64,000 bases of DNA. Origin: Octopus vulgaris. Taxonomy: Eukaryota. The stretch lies in contig OX597814.1 of NCBI GenBank assembly GCA_951406725.2, forward strand, positions 197,842,001 to 197,906,000, read 5' to 3'. Shown piece by piece: positions 41,036-57,434 of the stretch (its first letter is position 1; each line of letters starts with the position of its first letter). Position numbers and translations under genes: made by a program. The notes under the pieces were generated by a model. That model saw only the letters and a program-made list of their open reading frames with translations, made no database searches and was not told the origin of the DNA.

Positions 41036-41293
41036 AGAGAATATCGAAACAGTTCAGTGTAAAAATGATTTTTGTACAAAATAGATTTTATTAAAATTAA
41101 TGTTTTTATATCAAGGATATTTTAGAATAAAATTTTCGAATTTATAAAGCAAATCGGAAATTGGGAAGCGCTAATTCCTGTCCTGAGGCATTAAAAACTT
41201 TCTATGATAGAAAAAAAATATATATAAATGAAAATATTGATTGCAAATTATTATTAATTAAACTAATTTTTAAAATTATTTCTTTAGATAATC

Positions 41294-41692
41294 AGGCAGC
41301 GAACTGGTAGAATCGTTATCAGACAAAATTCTCAACGGATTTTTACATTCTGGATTCAAGTGCCGACGAGGTCAACTTTGCCTTTCTACCTTCCAGGGTC
41401 GATAAACAAAGCACCAGTCATCTAGTGGGATTGGTGTAATCGATTAACTCTCCACCCCACCCCACTCCACTAAAATGACTGATCTTCTGCCAAGAATATG
41501 AAGCAATTATTTTCTTAGAATCTTTTCTACTCTAGGCACAAGGCCTGAAATTTTGGGTGAGGGAGCCAGTCGCAACTGGTGCTTAATTTATTGTCCCCGA
41601 AAGGATGAAAGGTAAAGTTAACCTCGATGGAATTTGAACTCAGAATGTAAAGCATTTCGCCCGGCGTGCTAACGGTTCTGCCAGCTCGCCGT
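41294..41692. mobile_element. two type-B SINEs tail to tail (+ at 41294-41510, - at 41521-41692)
   Basis: B heads at both outer ends. Confidence 0.75.
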
Positions 41693-43056
41693 CTTGAATT
41701 ATTTTCTTAGAATGCAATTATAAGTTAGAACCTGTAAGACGGCTAACAATTTTTTTTATGATTAATTACGCTACTTTCCATCTAGTTCAAATCCTGCCGA
41801 AGCTGTCTGTACCTTTTATCCTTTCTAAGGTCAGTAATATAAATAGTTAAGTACTGTTCCGAGACTTAGGACTCATAAAGCTGAGTACCCAGTTTTCTAT
41901 TCTTACGACAATCTTATTGACACCTACAATCTTTATTGGAGTATAATATCAATGTTCACGTTGTAGATCCTCACCAGTTTAATCGTATGTCATATTTTAC
42001 CACTATTAATACTAGGAGAAACATTACCCTCCGAGGATTGAGTGTGTATATATATATATATATATATATATGATGTAAAATAAAGACCCCCTTCGGTCAT
42101 GAAGGACCATGGGATTGTATCTAAAAAGCTTCCCTCCGAGCAAGTCCAGGTAAAATGAAAAGAAAGTATTTAATAAAATAACTTTTAAACTTTTTTAAAT
42201 CTAAAATTATAATATAGTGAAATATGATAATACTTTGAATTATTCTCCTTCATTATATGAATAATAATTATTTCATCTCTTTAAAATCTAAATTTCTTAA
42301 CAATGACAAGTAAAGGCAGTGAAGTTAGACCGGCGGATGAAAATGATACGGAAGGAAATGTAGATTTAATGATGGATGCAAAGAAAGCAGAGAAGATGGT
42401 CGCAGAGAATGTGAGCTGAGAGAGAGAGAGATTTGTGAGTTTTCAGCAAAGATGCTGTTCAAAATAGGTAATATAAGTGACATCTAAATTCAAACATCAA
42501 AAATTAGAACGTTTTAGCATGTTACAAGGATTTAATTTATCTAAAAGGTTGTTTATACTTTCGGTTACATAATTTAGATATACCTGCAATAGGATCATTA
42601 GATATGTGTATTATTATGCATGTATATAAATATCCTTAATAACGTGGAAGGTCATACACTTATGTCTATTAATAAATCAGATGATGTCCTCTTGTCAACC
42701 GTTCACTCTATTCCGGAATAGTCTCTGCTAACATATAAAAGATTGGGTCCTTTAGCGGTAGTATAACATAGTGGTACAACGTTGTTTTAGAATAGTATTA
42801 TAACAGTCGGATAATAACAGAACACGAATTCTAACCGGAACACTGCGAATCTAATAAAGGTAAAACGAGGATTCGTGTATCAGCAGTAGATATTTATATT
42901 AAAACCCATCAAATTGTATGCTAGAGAAAAGAAATATTGACTACCGAAGTTCGAACTGCTGAAGTTTGTATTGAAAAAGATATTCTTCACTATTAGAAGA
43001 TTCTGCACTATTAGGGAATCCTGCACATTTACTCTGAATGTGATAGCGATGAAGAC

Positions 43057-43112
<56 letters not shown>

Positions 43113-46100
43113 ACTTGAGAATTAAAATTAGGAAATATTTCAATCAATCATAATAATTTTAAAAAATTGTAAATTCAAATAATGAACCCATATGAATAGG
43201 TTTCTTGATATTCTTGAATCTAAATTGCCACTTTTGACAATCTTATAACTTGAAACTGAAGAATTTGTCGATATAGCAAGATATTTCATGCTTTTTTTTT
43301 TTCTTTTTGCCAAGTTGATTCAATGAAACAGTTCTTCGTTTTCTAAGTGCTAATGTTTTTAAATATTTTGGTCAAAATATATTTAATGTTTTCTACGTAT
43401 TGAAAATTAAAAATGCATTTTTGCTACTTTTTTTAAACACACTATAAACGCATATTTTGTATACATACATATATTTACACGCACTCATACACACATACAC
43501 ATATATATAAATATACACACTCGTACATATATACATATTTTCTCTTGTATCTTCTTTCCAACGAGCAGGCAGTCGGTCAAAATAAACTTTAAAACAATTC
43601 ACGAAGAAAAGAAATACATACACACACACATACATACATACATACATACAGCTATATAATCATATAAGCACGCAAAGATATATATATATACAAAGAATGT
43701 ACTGGATTCTAAAATGAATTTAAAGAAATCTCATGGAAATCATACGTATATACATACAGAAACGAACAGACTGGCAGACAGACAGGCAGGCAGACATTCA
43801 TGCTTTCATTCACAAAACACACAAACACACACACACTCGTAAATTTACACGCAAGCACACATACTATGCAGACAGGCACACTCTACAAAACAGAACCGTA
43901 GAAACGTAGATAATGGATAAAATTGATTGTGATATGTAAAAAGAAAAAGAGAAAAGTACCGTAATAGTGGAAGTTGACAATAGCTCATTGAAAAGCTTAA
44001 ATAAAGTTGGAGTTATTCAATAAATATGTATATATTGAGAGAAGAAAAAAAAATCTCCATCATTGTTATCGGTTTTATTGTATTTTTTTCCATGGCATTT
44101 GTTTAACAAATGATAACAACTCATGATGTGTCGCTGTTGTTGATAATGTTTCTATCTATTTATTTAACGATTTTGGCAAAATTTGCTTTTCACATTTACA
44201 CTAAAAATGAAAGCTTTTATCAAATTTAAGATGATATTCAACTAAGAAAGACAATCTGATTTCCCAATTTTTCAATGATTTTTTTTTTTTCAGATTTCCC
44301 TTTATAAATATAGCAAAAAAATAGTGTTTCCTTTATAAATCTAGTAACAACAGGCAGCATAAAATCTATTAACATGATATGTATTAAAGATGAACTATAT
44401 ATATGTGTGTGTGTACTGGTAATTAAATGATTTTAATATAAATCCATAGTAGTATTGTGTAGTAGAACTACAAATGCATATTTTATTTATATATATATAT
44501 ATGCTTATGTATGTAAATATATACGTGTGCGTTAGTATATTGCATGTGAGTATATATATGCATCTACGTGTGTGTATATATGTGTATGTATATGAATGTG
44601 ATATAAATGCATGTTTATCTATGCATGTATATATACATGCATATAATTTATAAATAGATAGTTGGATGGATGGATGAATGAATGGATATAATTTAAACGT
44701 GAAATTATAACTTCATTTGAAAGCCATGTTGTATTTTGTATCTTACAAAGCAATCGCAAATGAACTTTACTACAATCAATGTCTTGAATACTGTTCCAGT
44801 ATAAGAAAGTGTAATATCCTAAAACTATTCGTACAATATTCTACGTGGTGGTTGCTAATTTTAAAGTAGTAGTCCCCAGTGTTTTGTAATTCTGCCTCTT
44901 TTTACCGAATAGTGTACTACAAAAGGTAATCGCCATGTTTTATATAAAAAAAAAATACAGCTGATTATCTTAATTAAACAGAAGTTAATTTAACGCAGTT
45001 GTTAATTAACAATATTTTCTTACTCTAGCCAACCCATTTTGCTCTTTCTTCGATGTTTTCATGGCCTAATGCTCCTGTGTTAAATTTTTTAATAGAAATT
45101 ACTATAGAATGCAAAGACATACACAACGGAATTAAATTAGACATTGAGGCAACACCAGTCGTGTTTGTATTCACTGGTAATACAATGTCATTCTCATATT
45201 TTAATCCTGACAAATATTTTTTAAATGGGGTTTAAAATATAAGTAATGTGTCTGAGTTAAAAACATTTCTAAGAAACCCACAACACAGCACCTCAAAACA
45301 CCCAGTTCTCTTTGGAATTTGTCACACCTAGTGAGCTATCTCACAACGCCTCTCAAGGAGGCGCTACCGCCCAAGTTAAAGAACCACTGTTTTAAATGTA
45401 TGCAATGTTAAAGTAGCTTTTCAACTGGTATACTAACAGGTTCATAATGTAACACTTTAAATGATACACCCTGAGAGTCTGTGGTTATTAAATATCTACA
45501 CATTTCTAATGACCAGAAATCTTAGTGATAAAACAGTACTGAAAATTTATCTTTTCAGAACTGATACAAAACATAACAAATGAAAAAGCAATACTTAAAA
45601 ATGATGATCAAAGCGGCGATAAAACATCATCAATAAGACATACTATCATTGTCATATTCATCTTTATTATAATCATCGATATCATCGTTGTTATCATTAC
45701 CGCAATCACCTTCATCATCCAAAACATTATCAACATCATTATCCTCATCCGTCATAATTATTAGTTTTTTTATAATTATTTTTGCTAGTTTTTTTTTATT
45801 TTCATCACTATCGTTGTTGTTATTATTATTATTCTTATATGTAGTAGTAGTAATAGCAGTAGTAGTAGTAGTAGAGTATTGAATTGTTCTGTTTTGTTTT
45901 ATTTGAAGAAGTGCTTATAGTCCTTTTCTCCTTTATTTCCTCGCCATTGTCTCGCTCGCCTACGCTTTTCCCTCCACCTCTCTCTCCCTTTCTGTCACTT
46001 GCTCCCCCCCTCACAACCGCCATCTCTTCATACAGCTTCAATGTGCCATTTATTATATATATATATATTTTTTGTGAAAATGGTCAAACAAGATTTCTGC

Positions 46101-49029
46101 CTCTTTTCAATTTCTACTACTTTCCTACAGCAAGTGTAGACAGCATCAAAGAAAAAGTTTCCAAACTAAAGTCTGTGCAAGGAAGGATCTAAAAAATAAC
46201 CAATTCGGGTTTAAAGGTTAAATATATCGGACACTTGATGAGCCTGGTTATTCCTTGGATCGCGCGAATAAAGCGAAATTCTTACCAATGCTTTTGATAA
46301 TATTCCTGTTCAACAAATCAACATTTATTATACTGATGAACAAAACGAACCTTCTTTCTGATTTCTGGACATAAAAATGTTTCCAGGAAAAAATAATTTA
46401 GGATTATGATTCCAAATTTAGCATGTCAAGGTTAAACAAACGACGCAGGTTTATCAAGTGATTAGTTAATAATCAAAACTCAGACAGACTTTTTATGTGA
46501 AAACCTAATGCTCTCAATGTATTGTTTCGATTTTCAAAAGCATGTCTATTACCATAACAATTGTTAACATACTCGAAAAATAATATTTAACCGCCTTTCG
46601 TGTGTTTTTTAATGGTTCTTCTCAACATTAGATAAAAATCCACATTGTATTGGATGCTATCGCCCTAAATTATTTCTATCTGCTATCTATATATGTATAT
46701 ATATATATGCATATCGAGATGTCGATAAGAGTTTTTAAATGTCATTAAATGTTCATTATTGAAGTTTTGTCACAAAAATATTCTTTCTTAGTTTTCTAAT
46801 CAACATTTTAGAATTCATTATTGGATTGATATATGAGCTTCGGATAGGAAATATTAAATACATAATTTACTTAGCCATCTTTAAAATTAAGACCTTCTTT
46901 CACAATATAAAATGTATCTATCAAGAATGTTTCTCGAATTTTTTTTAATGAGATTTTTTTTTTAATGGCAATAAAGGTCAGTATTGTGAAGTAGCCATTT
47001 TCGTTTAACTATAATTTGTTAGGCAACTAATTACACACAAAATCAACAAAAAAAGTTAGCAAAAGCAAATCCTTTCTAGTTAAAACAATAATCACTTGGT
47101 GGCTGATAGTTGTTTCTTTGTTTTAAACAGTTTGAATTTTGCATATTTTAAGATTTAGTTATAAAAGTATTTAAACTATTTAAAGATTTGAAGTATCAGA
47201 AATGTTATAACAATAATTTGAAATGCTATAGTCTTAATAACATATAGAAATATTATAGAATGTTAATAGTATATGTAAAGATGTATAACTTACGTGAAGT
47301 CAAAATAAACATGCCAGATTTATATAGAATAATAAAAGAGCAGCGAATCCTTCGAAAAAGCAACTCCGGTGTATCAAAAATATTAGTTCAATATTCTTTA
47401 GTTACTAGAATAACATTTTGGAAAAAGGTTTGAGAAATTCAGTTATGGATATGACAGTTTTGAAAAAGATCCCTTTATAGGCCATTTAAATGTTAAGTAA
47501 TTATTAGAAGCTTAACTTCCGGTTACATTGGTTTTCATCCCTTTCAGGAGAATCTAAAATATTTCCGTTCAATAAATCAGCCATTTCTTTTCATTCATTT
47601 CTGAACTTGCTTAACGAAAAATTCCATTATAATATTCCTGATTTAATTTTCCAGTGAGAAAAATATTTAATGTATATTATTATTATTATTATTATTATTA
47701 TCAATTCATTTATCACAAAACCCTGACATGATTGAGAAAATCAATTGATAGATTTGGAAACAACATCCTTGAAATATATTTAGGGAGATATTTACCTACT
47801 TATTTTTAACATATTTGTTGCCAAGTGTTATTAATATTGATATTAACCTTACCATTACTTTGGCTTGTGGTTCTTATTAGTTATTGTTGTTATAAATATT
47901 ATTATTATTGTTATTGTTAGTGTTATTGTTGTTGTTGTTGTTATTATTATTAGTACGTGGCGTAAGCTCTAGTTAGTTAAGTTTTAAGAAAAGACAAATG
48001 CCGCGACTTCATTTTTCTTTTTCAGTTGTAATCTTCACTTAAGTCGCTAACGCATTCGGAAAGGCATGAAGATCTCATTTCCTGAGATTGCAATTATTAT
48101 ATGAAAAAAATTATTATCAATATTATTGTTATAATTATTGTTATTATTACTAATATAAATATTTCTACTATTATTATTATTTGGTGTTAATGTTGTTTTA
48201 TCTACCATATATTTTTTTACATTCTGTGTTATCTATAATGTTTTCAAAGTAACTATTTTCGAATGACAATCAAAGAAGTTGATTGTTAAAGAAAGCAGTC
48301 GTTGTGAGATTGAAAATATAGGACAAGAGATGTGTTACCTCGTAATAATTACAATGTTCCTTGATTTATTCTTTCATTCATGTTTTACTATATTTTCAGC
48401 ATCCGTATCAGTAAAATTTCACTTGAACTTTTCGGGTTGTTTTCAGAAGATATTTTGGAAATATAAATTAAACTCTAAATATATTTTCCATATGATTTCT
48501 TCAAAATTAACCACCAATTTAAATGGTAAACGAAAAAAAAATCAAGTAATTTATTTAATGTTCGTGAAAATATATACATTTTTCCTATACGCGGAAAACT
48601 CAAAAATCTAAAAGAAAAACTAATATACAACGTAACTTTTCGAATGAATATTTGAAGCAACCAAATTGCTTTATGTATAGCAAGATGAAGCAAAAAAAAA
48701 AATCTTGTATGTTGGCTTACAACTTCTGCACTATAAATATTTCTAAGCTATTAACTACTACATATAATTAACTGGTTGCTGTTTTATACGCCTTAAACGT
48801 TGGTTATGTAAAATATGAAAATCTATAATAGAAATTCGGCATGTTAAACAAAAACAAAAGGTTCTGTTTGTATGTAACGTCGAACTGTTGTTAATTTTCG
48901 AATCATGTTTTTACTGATGTTTTATCGATTTGTTTGAACTATTTTTCATTTAATTCAGTTACTGTTTATAGATAATTAAAAATCAAAATGAATTTTATCT
49001 GATCTTATTAAATTATTATTATATTATTA

Positions 49030-49094
49030 CATACATTATATATATACATATATCTATGAAATATTACATATATTTTACATATATATATATATAT

Positions 49095-49153
<59 letters not shown>

Positions 49154-49460
49154 AATATATCATATATATATATATATGTATAATATATCATATATATATA
49201 TATATATGTATACTTATCATATATATATATATATGTATACTTATCATATATATACATATATGTATACTTATCATATATATATATATATATATGTATAATA
49301 TATATCATATATATATATATATATGTATAATATATCATATATATATATGTATAATATATCATATATGTATAATATATCATATATATATATATATAATATA
49401 TCATATATATATATATAATATATCATATATATATATATAAATATTCTATATATGTATATA
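49030..49460. repeat. (TA)n-rich satellite
   Basis: Read directly. Confidence 0.95.
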
Positions 49461-50450
49461 TAGTTTTTGCTTCATGGACTTCCGTTTCCTGCTGCACTTA
49501 CCCCCAGCTTTCCATGACATTAACTGAATAAGGAACAAATATCACCATACATAAATTCGTGTGTGGGGGTATATCTTAAGTACCTGTGTGCGCGTGAGTC
49601 GGGATCTATACCAGCTTATACACACGTATATGCATAAATACCTATATAGATATACATATATATATGAATATATAAATATATCTGTATTTATAAATGTATA
49701 TATATATATGTCCGTATACATATATATACTTGTGTGAGCATATATGAGTTTATATATAAATATGTACATGTATATTCATATATATATATATATATATATA
49801 AATATATAGAAAGAGGGAGGAAGAGATTTCTATTGGTTTTTGTAAATATATATGTATGTATATGTATACTTATATGCTTATATATATATGTCTGTGTGTG
49901 TATGTATATATATATGCATTTAGATATATATGCATATATATAATATATATAAATATATATATATATACATACATATACATAAATATATGATTGTGTGTAT
50001 GTATACACAAATGTATACAGACGTATAGATAACATCTGTATTATCAATATAGATAATCATAAATTTGATATAGATTACCAAATACTATATTTTACGTTTA
50101 CTTTGATATAGGAAAGGAAAATTAAATCCATTATCACAGCTTAAATCTTCTATACGCGGTAAGACTGGTGGTCACACTACCTATTACGTTACAAACAATT
50201 ACCATTCCACCTCTTTCTCTCTCTCAAATCAAATATAAATCTGTTCTCTTTATTCTTCAAACTTTAGCTTCCACGGATTTTCTCTTAAATCATTGGTAAA
50301 TTGTCAATCCCTTGAACTTCTGTACAAAACGATTTGTACTACTAATATGTAACAAAGTAAGATATAGCATTGTTGCAAGCATGGGTGTGTTATTAAAAAG
50401 CGCTCATGTGTTTCAGTTTCGGTCCCCGTAAGCAATGAATTTGATAGGTG

Positions 50451-50484
<34 letters not shown>

Positions 50485-50589
50485 GCGCGTGTGTGTGTGT
50501 GTTAAAGGAAATGAGACAACACCACCAAGGCTGTGTGTAAATTTTAGGACATTTATAAAGAGAAAGGTAGTCTTACAGCTGTTTCTGGA

Positions 50590-51156
50590 ATATGCCCAAT
50601 TCATGGAGCAAGCTGTACTCAGACCAACCAGGGCGAATAACATTCTGGATCTCTGCTTCACGAACAATATGGATATCATTCAATATGTGAAAGTGACACC
50701 GACATTAGTCTCGGATCACAACATAATAGAGCTGTCTATGTTTGGGCTAAAATTAACCAGAGACATACAGCCTAAAGGAAGCCCCCGAAATCTCTCCAAT
50801 CTGAACTTCCACAAAGCAGATTGGAAATCGATCCAAAAAGAGATCCTCAAAGAGGACTGGCCGAAATGTCTCTCCACACCAGACATTGACATGAAACGAG
50901 AATGTTTCATGTCTTCTGTGCAAGCCATATGCCAGAAATATGTCCCAGAGCACAAGGCCAAAACAAATAGGAGCAAGATTCCAAGAGAGAGGAAGATCCT
51001 CATGAGACAATGGACGAAGGTTGCAGATCGACTCAAACAACATCCCAAAAGCAGCGAAACGTCCCGCCTAAAAATAACACTGATGGAGATCGAAAAAAGG
51101 CTGCAACAATCCTATGTGAGGGAGAAAGCAGACAAAGAAGCCTGGGTTATAAAAAA
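50590..51156 (+). pseudogene. CR1/L2-group LINE ORF2 fragment (endonuclease end and linker)
   Basis: PTRANNILDLCFTN...SDHNIIE...LNFHKADW...ICQKYVP. Confidence 0.85.
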
Positions 51157-52016
51157 GATTAAATATAAGATAAAACATATAACGTATATATTTGGTAAAA
51201 TAACGACACGTATTTCGTGGCTAAATTTAAGAAATGATAATAGTAAAAATAATAGTAGTAGTAGTAAAATCACTTCAATATAAATATAGCCACTCTTCAG
51301 GTTAAAGATAACAACAATAATAAAATAATTAATTAGCTCAATTAATAAATATAAGTAAATAATCTTGTAAAATATGAAATATCTTAAATATATTCTTGTT
51401 TAAAAAATAAGATACGATTAATTAAGATATTTAAAACAAATATATATATAAGATACAAAATACTATAATTTAAACTATATACATTAAATTAAATTAGATA
51501 AATTAACTATATTATTAATACTTATGTAGTATCTATAGATTCAATATTTTATTCAATAATATACTTGACTAAAATATCAATTAATATAAAATTAATTTAC
51601 TTAAATGTAATACTACGTAATAAATATACCACATAATTGTTCAATAATGTATTGTCTTACAAGACTAATTCTCGAATTAAATTATATGTAATACGTTAAA
51701 TCACATTATATAAATAATAATAATAATAATAATAATAAAGCACAATAAATAGATATACATATCATAACTAATAATTATGAAGAAATTATATGTAAAATTA
51801 ATATTTTAACAACAATAATAATAACAATAATAATAAAACTTAATACAATTTAAAAGTTAAATAATATTTTTAAATAAAAAACGTTTTATTTTGCACATTA
51901 CTTAATCATCGTTATATGTTTTATCTTATATTTAATCTTTCTATAATATGTATTTTTTCTAAATGGTATAATTTAATTTTTCATTATTGAATTGATAAAA
52001 GGTGTTTTTTTTTCTA

Positions 52017-52062
<46 letters not shown>

Positions 52063-52400
52063 TGAAATTTGATTTAGTATTTCTAATTTGAATTTTTCCC
52101 TGTAAGTTTGGAATAATATATATGTGTGTATATACATGCATATATATGTATATATATATATATATATATGCGTATATATGCATATATATGCGTGTATATA
52201 TATATGCATATAAATACACACATATATGCATATATATATATATATACATATATATGCATGTATATACACACATATATATGCATATATATACACATATATA
52301 TGCACATGTAAATATGCATATATATACACACATATCCATATGTATATATATATATATACATATATATATACATGTATATATACACATATATATGTATCAG

Positions 52401-52433
<33 letters not shown>

Positions 52434-52484
52434 GACGGTGCCCCAGCATGGCCACATCTCATGAGCTGAAACTAGAATCAATCA

Positions 52485-52584
<100 letters not shown>

Positions 52585-52599
52585 TCAGAATTCACTGCG

Positions 52600-53675
52600 A
52601 AAATTTGGAGGCCCTCTCGCCCAATACTTTGAAGAGAATTGTTTCATTCTTTGGAATAACAACTTAAGCAAACTCCTAAAATTTAAAACGCTTCTGGACA
52701 GCATCTAAACAAGCATTCACTTCACAATGGAATACATCCAAGCGGCACTTCCATTCCTATACATTCTAATTAAAAAGCGAAGAAGAACATAATCGAAACA
52801 GACATATTTTATAAAACAACAGATGCAAATCAATAACTTCTTTTTAGCTTTTGGCTTCCTAGACACACAAAAACAAACATACCCTTCAACTTTGCAAGAA
52901 GAATCTGCAGTATTGTCCCATGATTTAACTGGAGATTTAAGACATACAAGAACTGAAAAATGTCCCCCTGGATAGCCACTACCCAATCCAACTCATTAAT
53001 GAAGGAATTAAACGTGCCAAATCTATCAACACTGAGACACAAAGAAAAAACAAAGACATTAACAAACCTCTCCTTAAAACACGGCCCTACATTTCCACCT
53101 ACAACCCCAGAAACAAAAAAGCATTCAGCACAGTCATACAAAACCTACCAATACTACACAAGGACCAAAAACTAAAAAGAATTTTACGTGGCATTAAAAT
53201 TGTCAAAAGCAACAAACAACCTAAGTCATTAAAGAAACTACTAACTAATGCAAAATTATTCCCCTCCACAACAAGCCCCAAAGTAAAAAAATGTAATCGC
53301 TCCAACTGTGGTACATGCCCCAGCCTTTTGGAAGAGTCAGAATATTATTTTATACAAGGGAAACACTTTACAGTTAAATCAAATTTCACTTGTGCATCCG
53401 AAAATCTGATCTACGTAATCCTATGCTATATCGGTAGCACGGGGAATTCTATCCATCAACGTTGTACGGTGCATCGTCGACAGATAGCCTCACCACAATA
53501 CCGCCAAATTTATCTCTGTGAACATATCGACTTATGTACGAAACAAATACAACCTAAATTCACTATTTTCCCCCTATATAAATTTGCTGACTGGACTTCT
53601 ACATATGTCCGACTCAATAAAGAGGCATATTTCATCCACAAATACAAACTTGAACTATACACCAATTCATTTTAA
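52600..53675 (+). pseudogene. Penelope-like element remnant (RT thumb, Cys-rich linker, GIY-YIG endonuclease)
   Basis: LPFL..IETDIFYKTTD..NIPFNFARRICSIV; CNRSNCGTC..FTCASENLIYVILC-YIGSTG..QRCTVHRRQI; frameshifted. Confidence 0.88.
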
Positions 53676-53936
53676 TTGTATTAGTAATTGTCACTTAATT
53701 ACTTGACTCCTGGACACCCATTCATATTTAAACCTGAGTCATGAGAGGTACGACATGACTCTTATGGAGAAAATATTCATACGTTGGCAGTTGTTTTATC
53801 GTTCTTTTTCATTTTCTATCGGACTGATTTTATTCAATTATGAAATTTCAACATATACGAAAAAGTTTTATATGTATGCCAACCACAATTTTTAGGCATA
53901 AATTACTATTCATACTTATGTGTGTATACATGTATT

Positions 53937-54273
<337 letters not shown>

Positions 54274-54576
54274 GTGTGTATGTATATATTACAAGTGATA
54301 AAATGAGATGTTAGAGCATAAAATATATGCATATACACTCATTCACACATTACTGCTTAATCTTTAAATCCTAGTACGGTAATGTAAATTAACTGAGTAT
54401 AAAATGAAATAACCCTGAAGAGCTTCGTGAAAAAATAAGAGTTGCTCTCCTTGACATATTGTTTCATCTCTGTTTACTTTTTTTCAAAGATGGCGTCCTA
54501 CTGACAGCAAAAAAGTTCCCTCCTTACATTTCTTTTCTTTTCTTATATGTATGCGCATATATATATATATATACAT

Positions 54577-54620
<44 letters not shown>

Positions 54621-54716
54621 CGGGAAGCTTTATGAAAATAAACAAAAGACGAAGGCAGGTGGAATACAAACAAACAATTGTATTAGTATGGCGCTCGGAA
54701 ATATAAATAAAACAAG

Positions 54717-54754
54717 TCTTTTACGTTTCGGGCCTACGCTCTTCAACAGAAAGA
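54717..54754 (-). ncRNA. minimal type I hammerhead motif, A6U variant, in a (TA)n-flanked element (54619-54828)
   Basis: tcttt-CTGTTGA-A-GAGC-gtag-GCCC-GAAAC-GTA-aaaga; homologous to 19540-19683. Confidence 0.55.
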
Positions 54755-54932
54755 TACACAGAAAAGAAACACGGAGAGAAACAAGGAGAGAAAAAATGCG
54801 TGCAGAAGCTAGCGAATCAACATGGCGATATATATACGTACATATAAGTACATGTATATATATATGTACATATTTCTTTCTTTTTTTAGCTGTTTCAGTC
54901 ATTTGACTGCGGCCATGCTGAAGCACCCCCTA

Positions 54933-54969
<37 letters not shown>

Positions 54970-55857
54970 CTTTTCAGGGTCGATAAAATAAGTACCAGTT
55001 GAACACTGGGGTCGATGTAGTCGACTCATCTCCTTCCACAAAATTGCTGCCCTTGTGGCAAAATTTCAAACTATTATTATTATTATGTTCATATTTGGTG
55101 GGGCAATGACGTGGATATTAACGACTCTAAATATAACATAAACATCACCATATATCCTTATGTGTTTGTCTTCATATACACGTATGTGTATATGTATATG
55201 CGTGTGTTTGTGCTACTATGCATGGAGAATGCATATCCATCTAGATGCGTGTGTGTGTAAGTGTGTGTGATTGTCAACGTGTGTATATCTGTTCATATAA
55301 TTTTATTCGTATGTTTTTTCCGTATGAACAAAGATACAAAAATTATCATAAATGTTTTGTTGTTACTATGTTTTGATTTCGTTTTTCTCTTTGTTTTGTC
55401 TCGTTTTGTTTTGTTTCTTTGTTTGCTTATGTCCTTATATGAAAAGCCATAGAACTTTCACTATAAAATTGTTACCTATATCAAATAAAGCAATCAGGTT
55501 AAAAACAGAAGCGATTTTAGTAAATTGATCAAAAGCAAAATTCTTTAAAAACAGATATTGCAATGTATGGAAAACGTTGCTTCAGACCAAAAAAATTATG
55601 AAAACAATAAAAAAAGGAAAACTACTTTTGAAAACATATTAAATGAAGCGAGTACAAAGCCATATTAATAAAAAGTTAGCTTTTATTTCTCAACTCTATG
55701 TAATCATGTAGATGGAAAAATATTTAATATAGTGATTTTTTTTTCCTTTTTATTTATTACGTAATCAAATTCGTCATCATCATCAGCATCGACTTCATTT
55801 TATCATTATCATCATCATTGTGTATCGACTACAACTTGTAATTGCATCAGAAGTGGC

Positions 55858-56412
55858 GTGGGATGTCCGGAAAGTTCGTGCCGATTTTTAAAGGAAAGAA
55901 AAAGGTCAATAAATATTTGCCATTACATTTTAATCAATCAAATATGAACCATTTTGTTGCACAATGCGTCTCCATCTTTCCTTTAACTTGAAAATACCTT
56001 CTTCCCAGAATTGAGGTGGTTTCATGGCGAAAGAATTCATCAATGTATCTTTTTACGTCATCCAAGGAATTGAAATTCTTACCATTAAGACTATTCTGCA
56101 GAGGCCTGGATAAGTGGAAATCCGAAGGAGCAATATCTGGTGAATATGGAGGGTGGGGTAACACATCCCAGTCGAACTGCAGCAATTTTTGTCTGGTTCC
56201 CAAAGCATCAAGTGCCGAAAATGAACTTTCTTATCTTCCATTTTAAAGGGTAACAAAACTAACACAGGTTATAGGAACATAAACCTTCTTCCACAAAAAG
56301 ATAGCTTAAACTGTACTCTAAATAGAGGTGTAGTCAAATCCTATTTTATGGACTCAACCATGTTCTAAAATAAGTCGAAAGGTAAGCTACTACAAATCGG
56401 CACAACCCAATA
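55858..56412 (-). mobile_element. short internally deleted mariner element
   Basis: TIR remnants GGGATGTCCGGAAAGTTCGTGCCGATTT / AAATCGGCAC..AACCCAATA. MEDKKVHFRHLML is fused to WDVLPHPPYSPDIAPSDFHL. Confidence 0.88.
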
Positions 56413-56733
56413 CCATGTCTGATCTTTTTTTACGTCTATTTTCTTAAGTCAGCAATTGCTTACACCATTGTCCTCCATCAAGATCTTGACAACATTTTGA
56501 AAGTACGCCCAGAGTTCGTTCTTGTCGTGGGTCGTCTGTTCCCAGATTTTCACATTACTGAGAAGCAACTCTTAGTACCTCAGATAGTATTCTATAAGCT
56601 TCAGTCATCTTCCTGTTGTCTTGTTGAACAACAGGGAAAAGTTATACAACAGAGTTATTCATTGTTTTTTGTTTTTTTCGCATCCACCTGACGTACAAGA
56701 ACATTCCTTATTGCATTATTATTGCTGTTGTTA

Positions 56734-57410
56734 TGGCGGCGAGTTGGCAGAGTTGTTAGCACGCTGGACGAAATGCCTAGCGGTATTTCGCCCGTCGTTA
56801 CATTCTGAGTTCAAATTCCGCCGAAGTCGACTTTGCCTTTTATCCTTTCCGGGTCGATAAATTAAGTTGAGTACTGGGGTCGATATAATCGACGAGTCCC
56901 CACCCCAAAAATTTGAGGCCTTGTGCCTCCAGTCAAAAGATGATGATTATTATTATTATTATTATTACCATTATTATTATTATTAAGGTGGCGAGCTGGC
57001 AGAATTGTTAGCACGCTGGATGAAATACTTAGTGGTATTACTCCTTTCGCTACGTTCTGAGTTCAATTTCCGCCGAGGTCGACTTTGCCTTTCATCCGTT
57101 TCCGGCTCGATAAATTAAGTACCATTTGCGTACTAATCGACTACCCCCTCGCCCAAATTTCAGGCCTTCTGCCTATAGTTGAAAGGATTATTATTGTTGT
57201 TGTTGTTATTCATCTTCATCATCCTCATTATTACTGGTGTTGTTGTTGGTATTTCGCCCGTCTTCTCGTTCTGAGTTCAAATTTCGCTGAGGTCAACTTC
57301 TTCCATCCTTTCGGGGGTCGATAAAATAATTACCAGTTGAGCACTGGGTTTGATATAATCGACAAGCCACCCACTAAAAACATCAGGCCTGGTGCCAAAA
57401 TATGAAATCA
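56734..57410 (+). mobile_element. cluster of three type-B SINEs separated by (TTA)n
   Basis: Heads at 56734 and 56987 and a partial copy at about 57248. Confidence 0.85.
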
Positions 57411-57434
57411 TTTTCATTATTATTATCATTATTA

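Noticed and set aside
43100-49000. AT-rich unique DNA with short ORFs
   Set aside because: I found no convincing exon or recognisable motif; small exons could have been missed.
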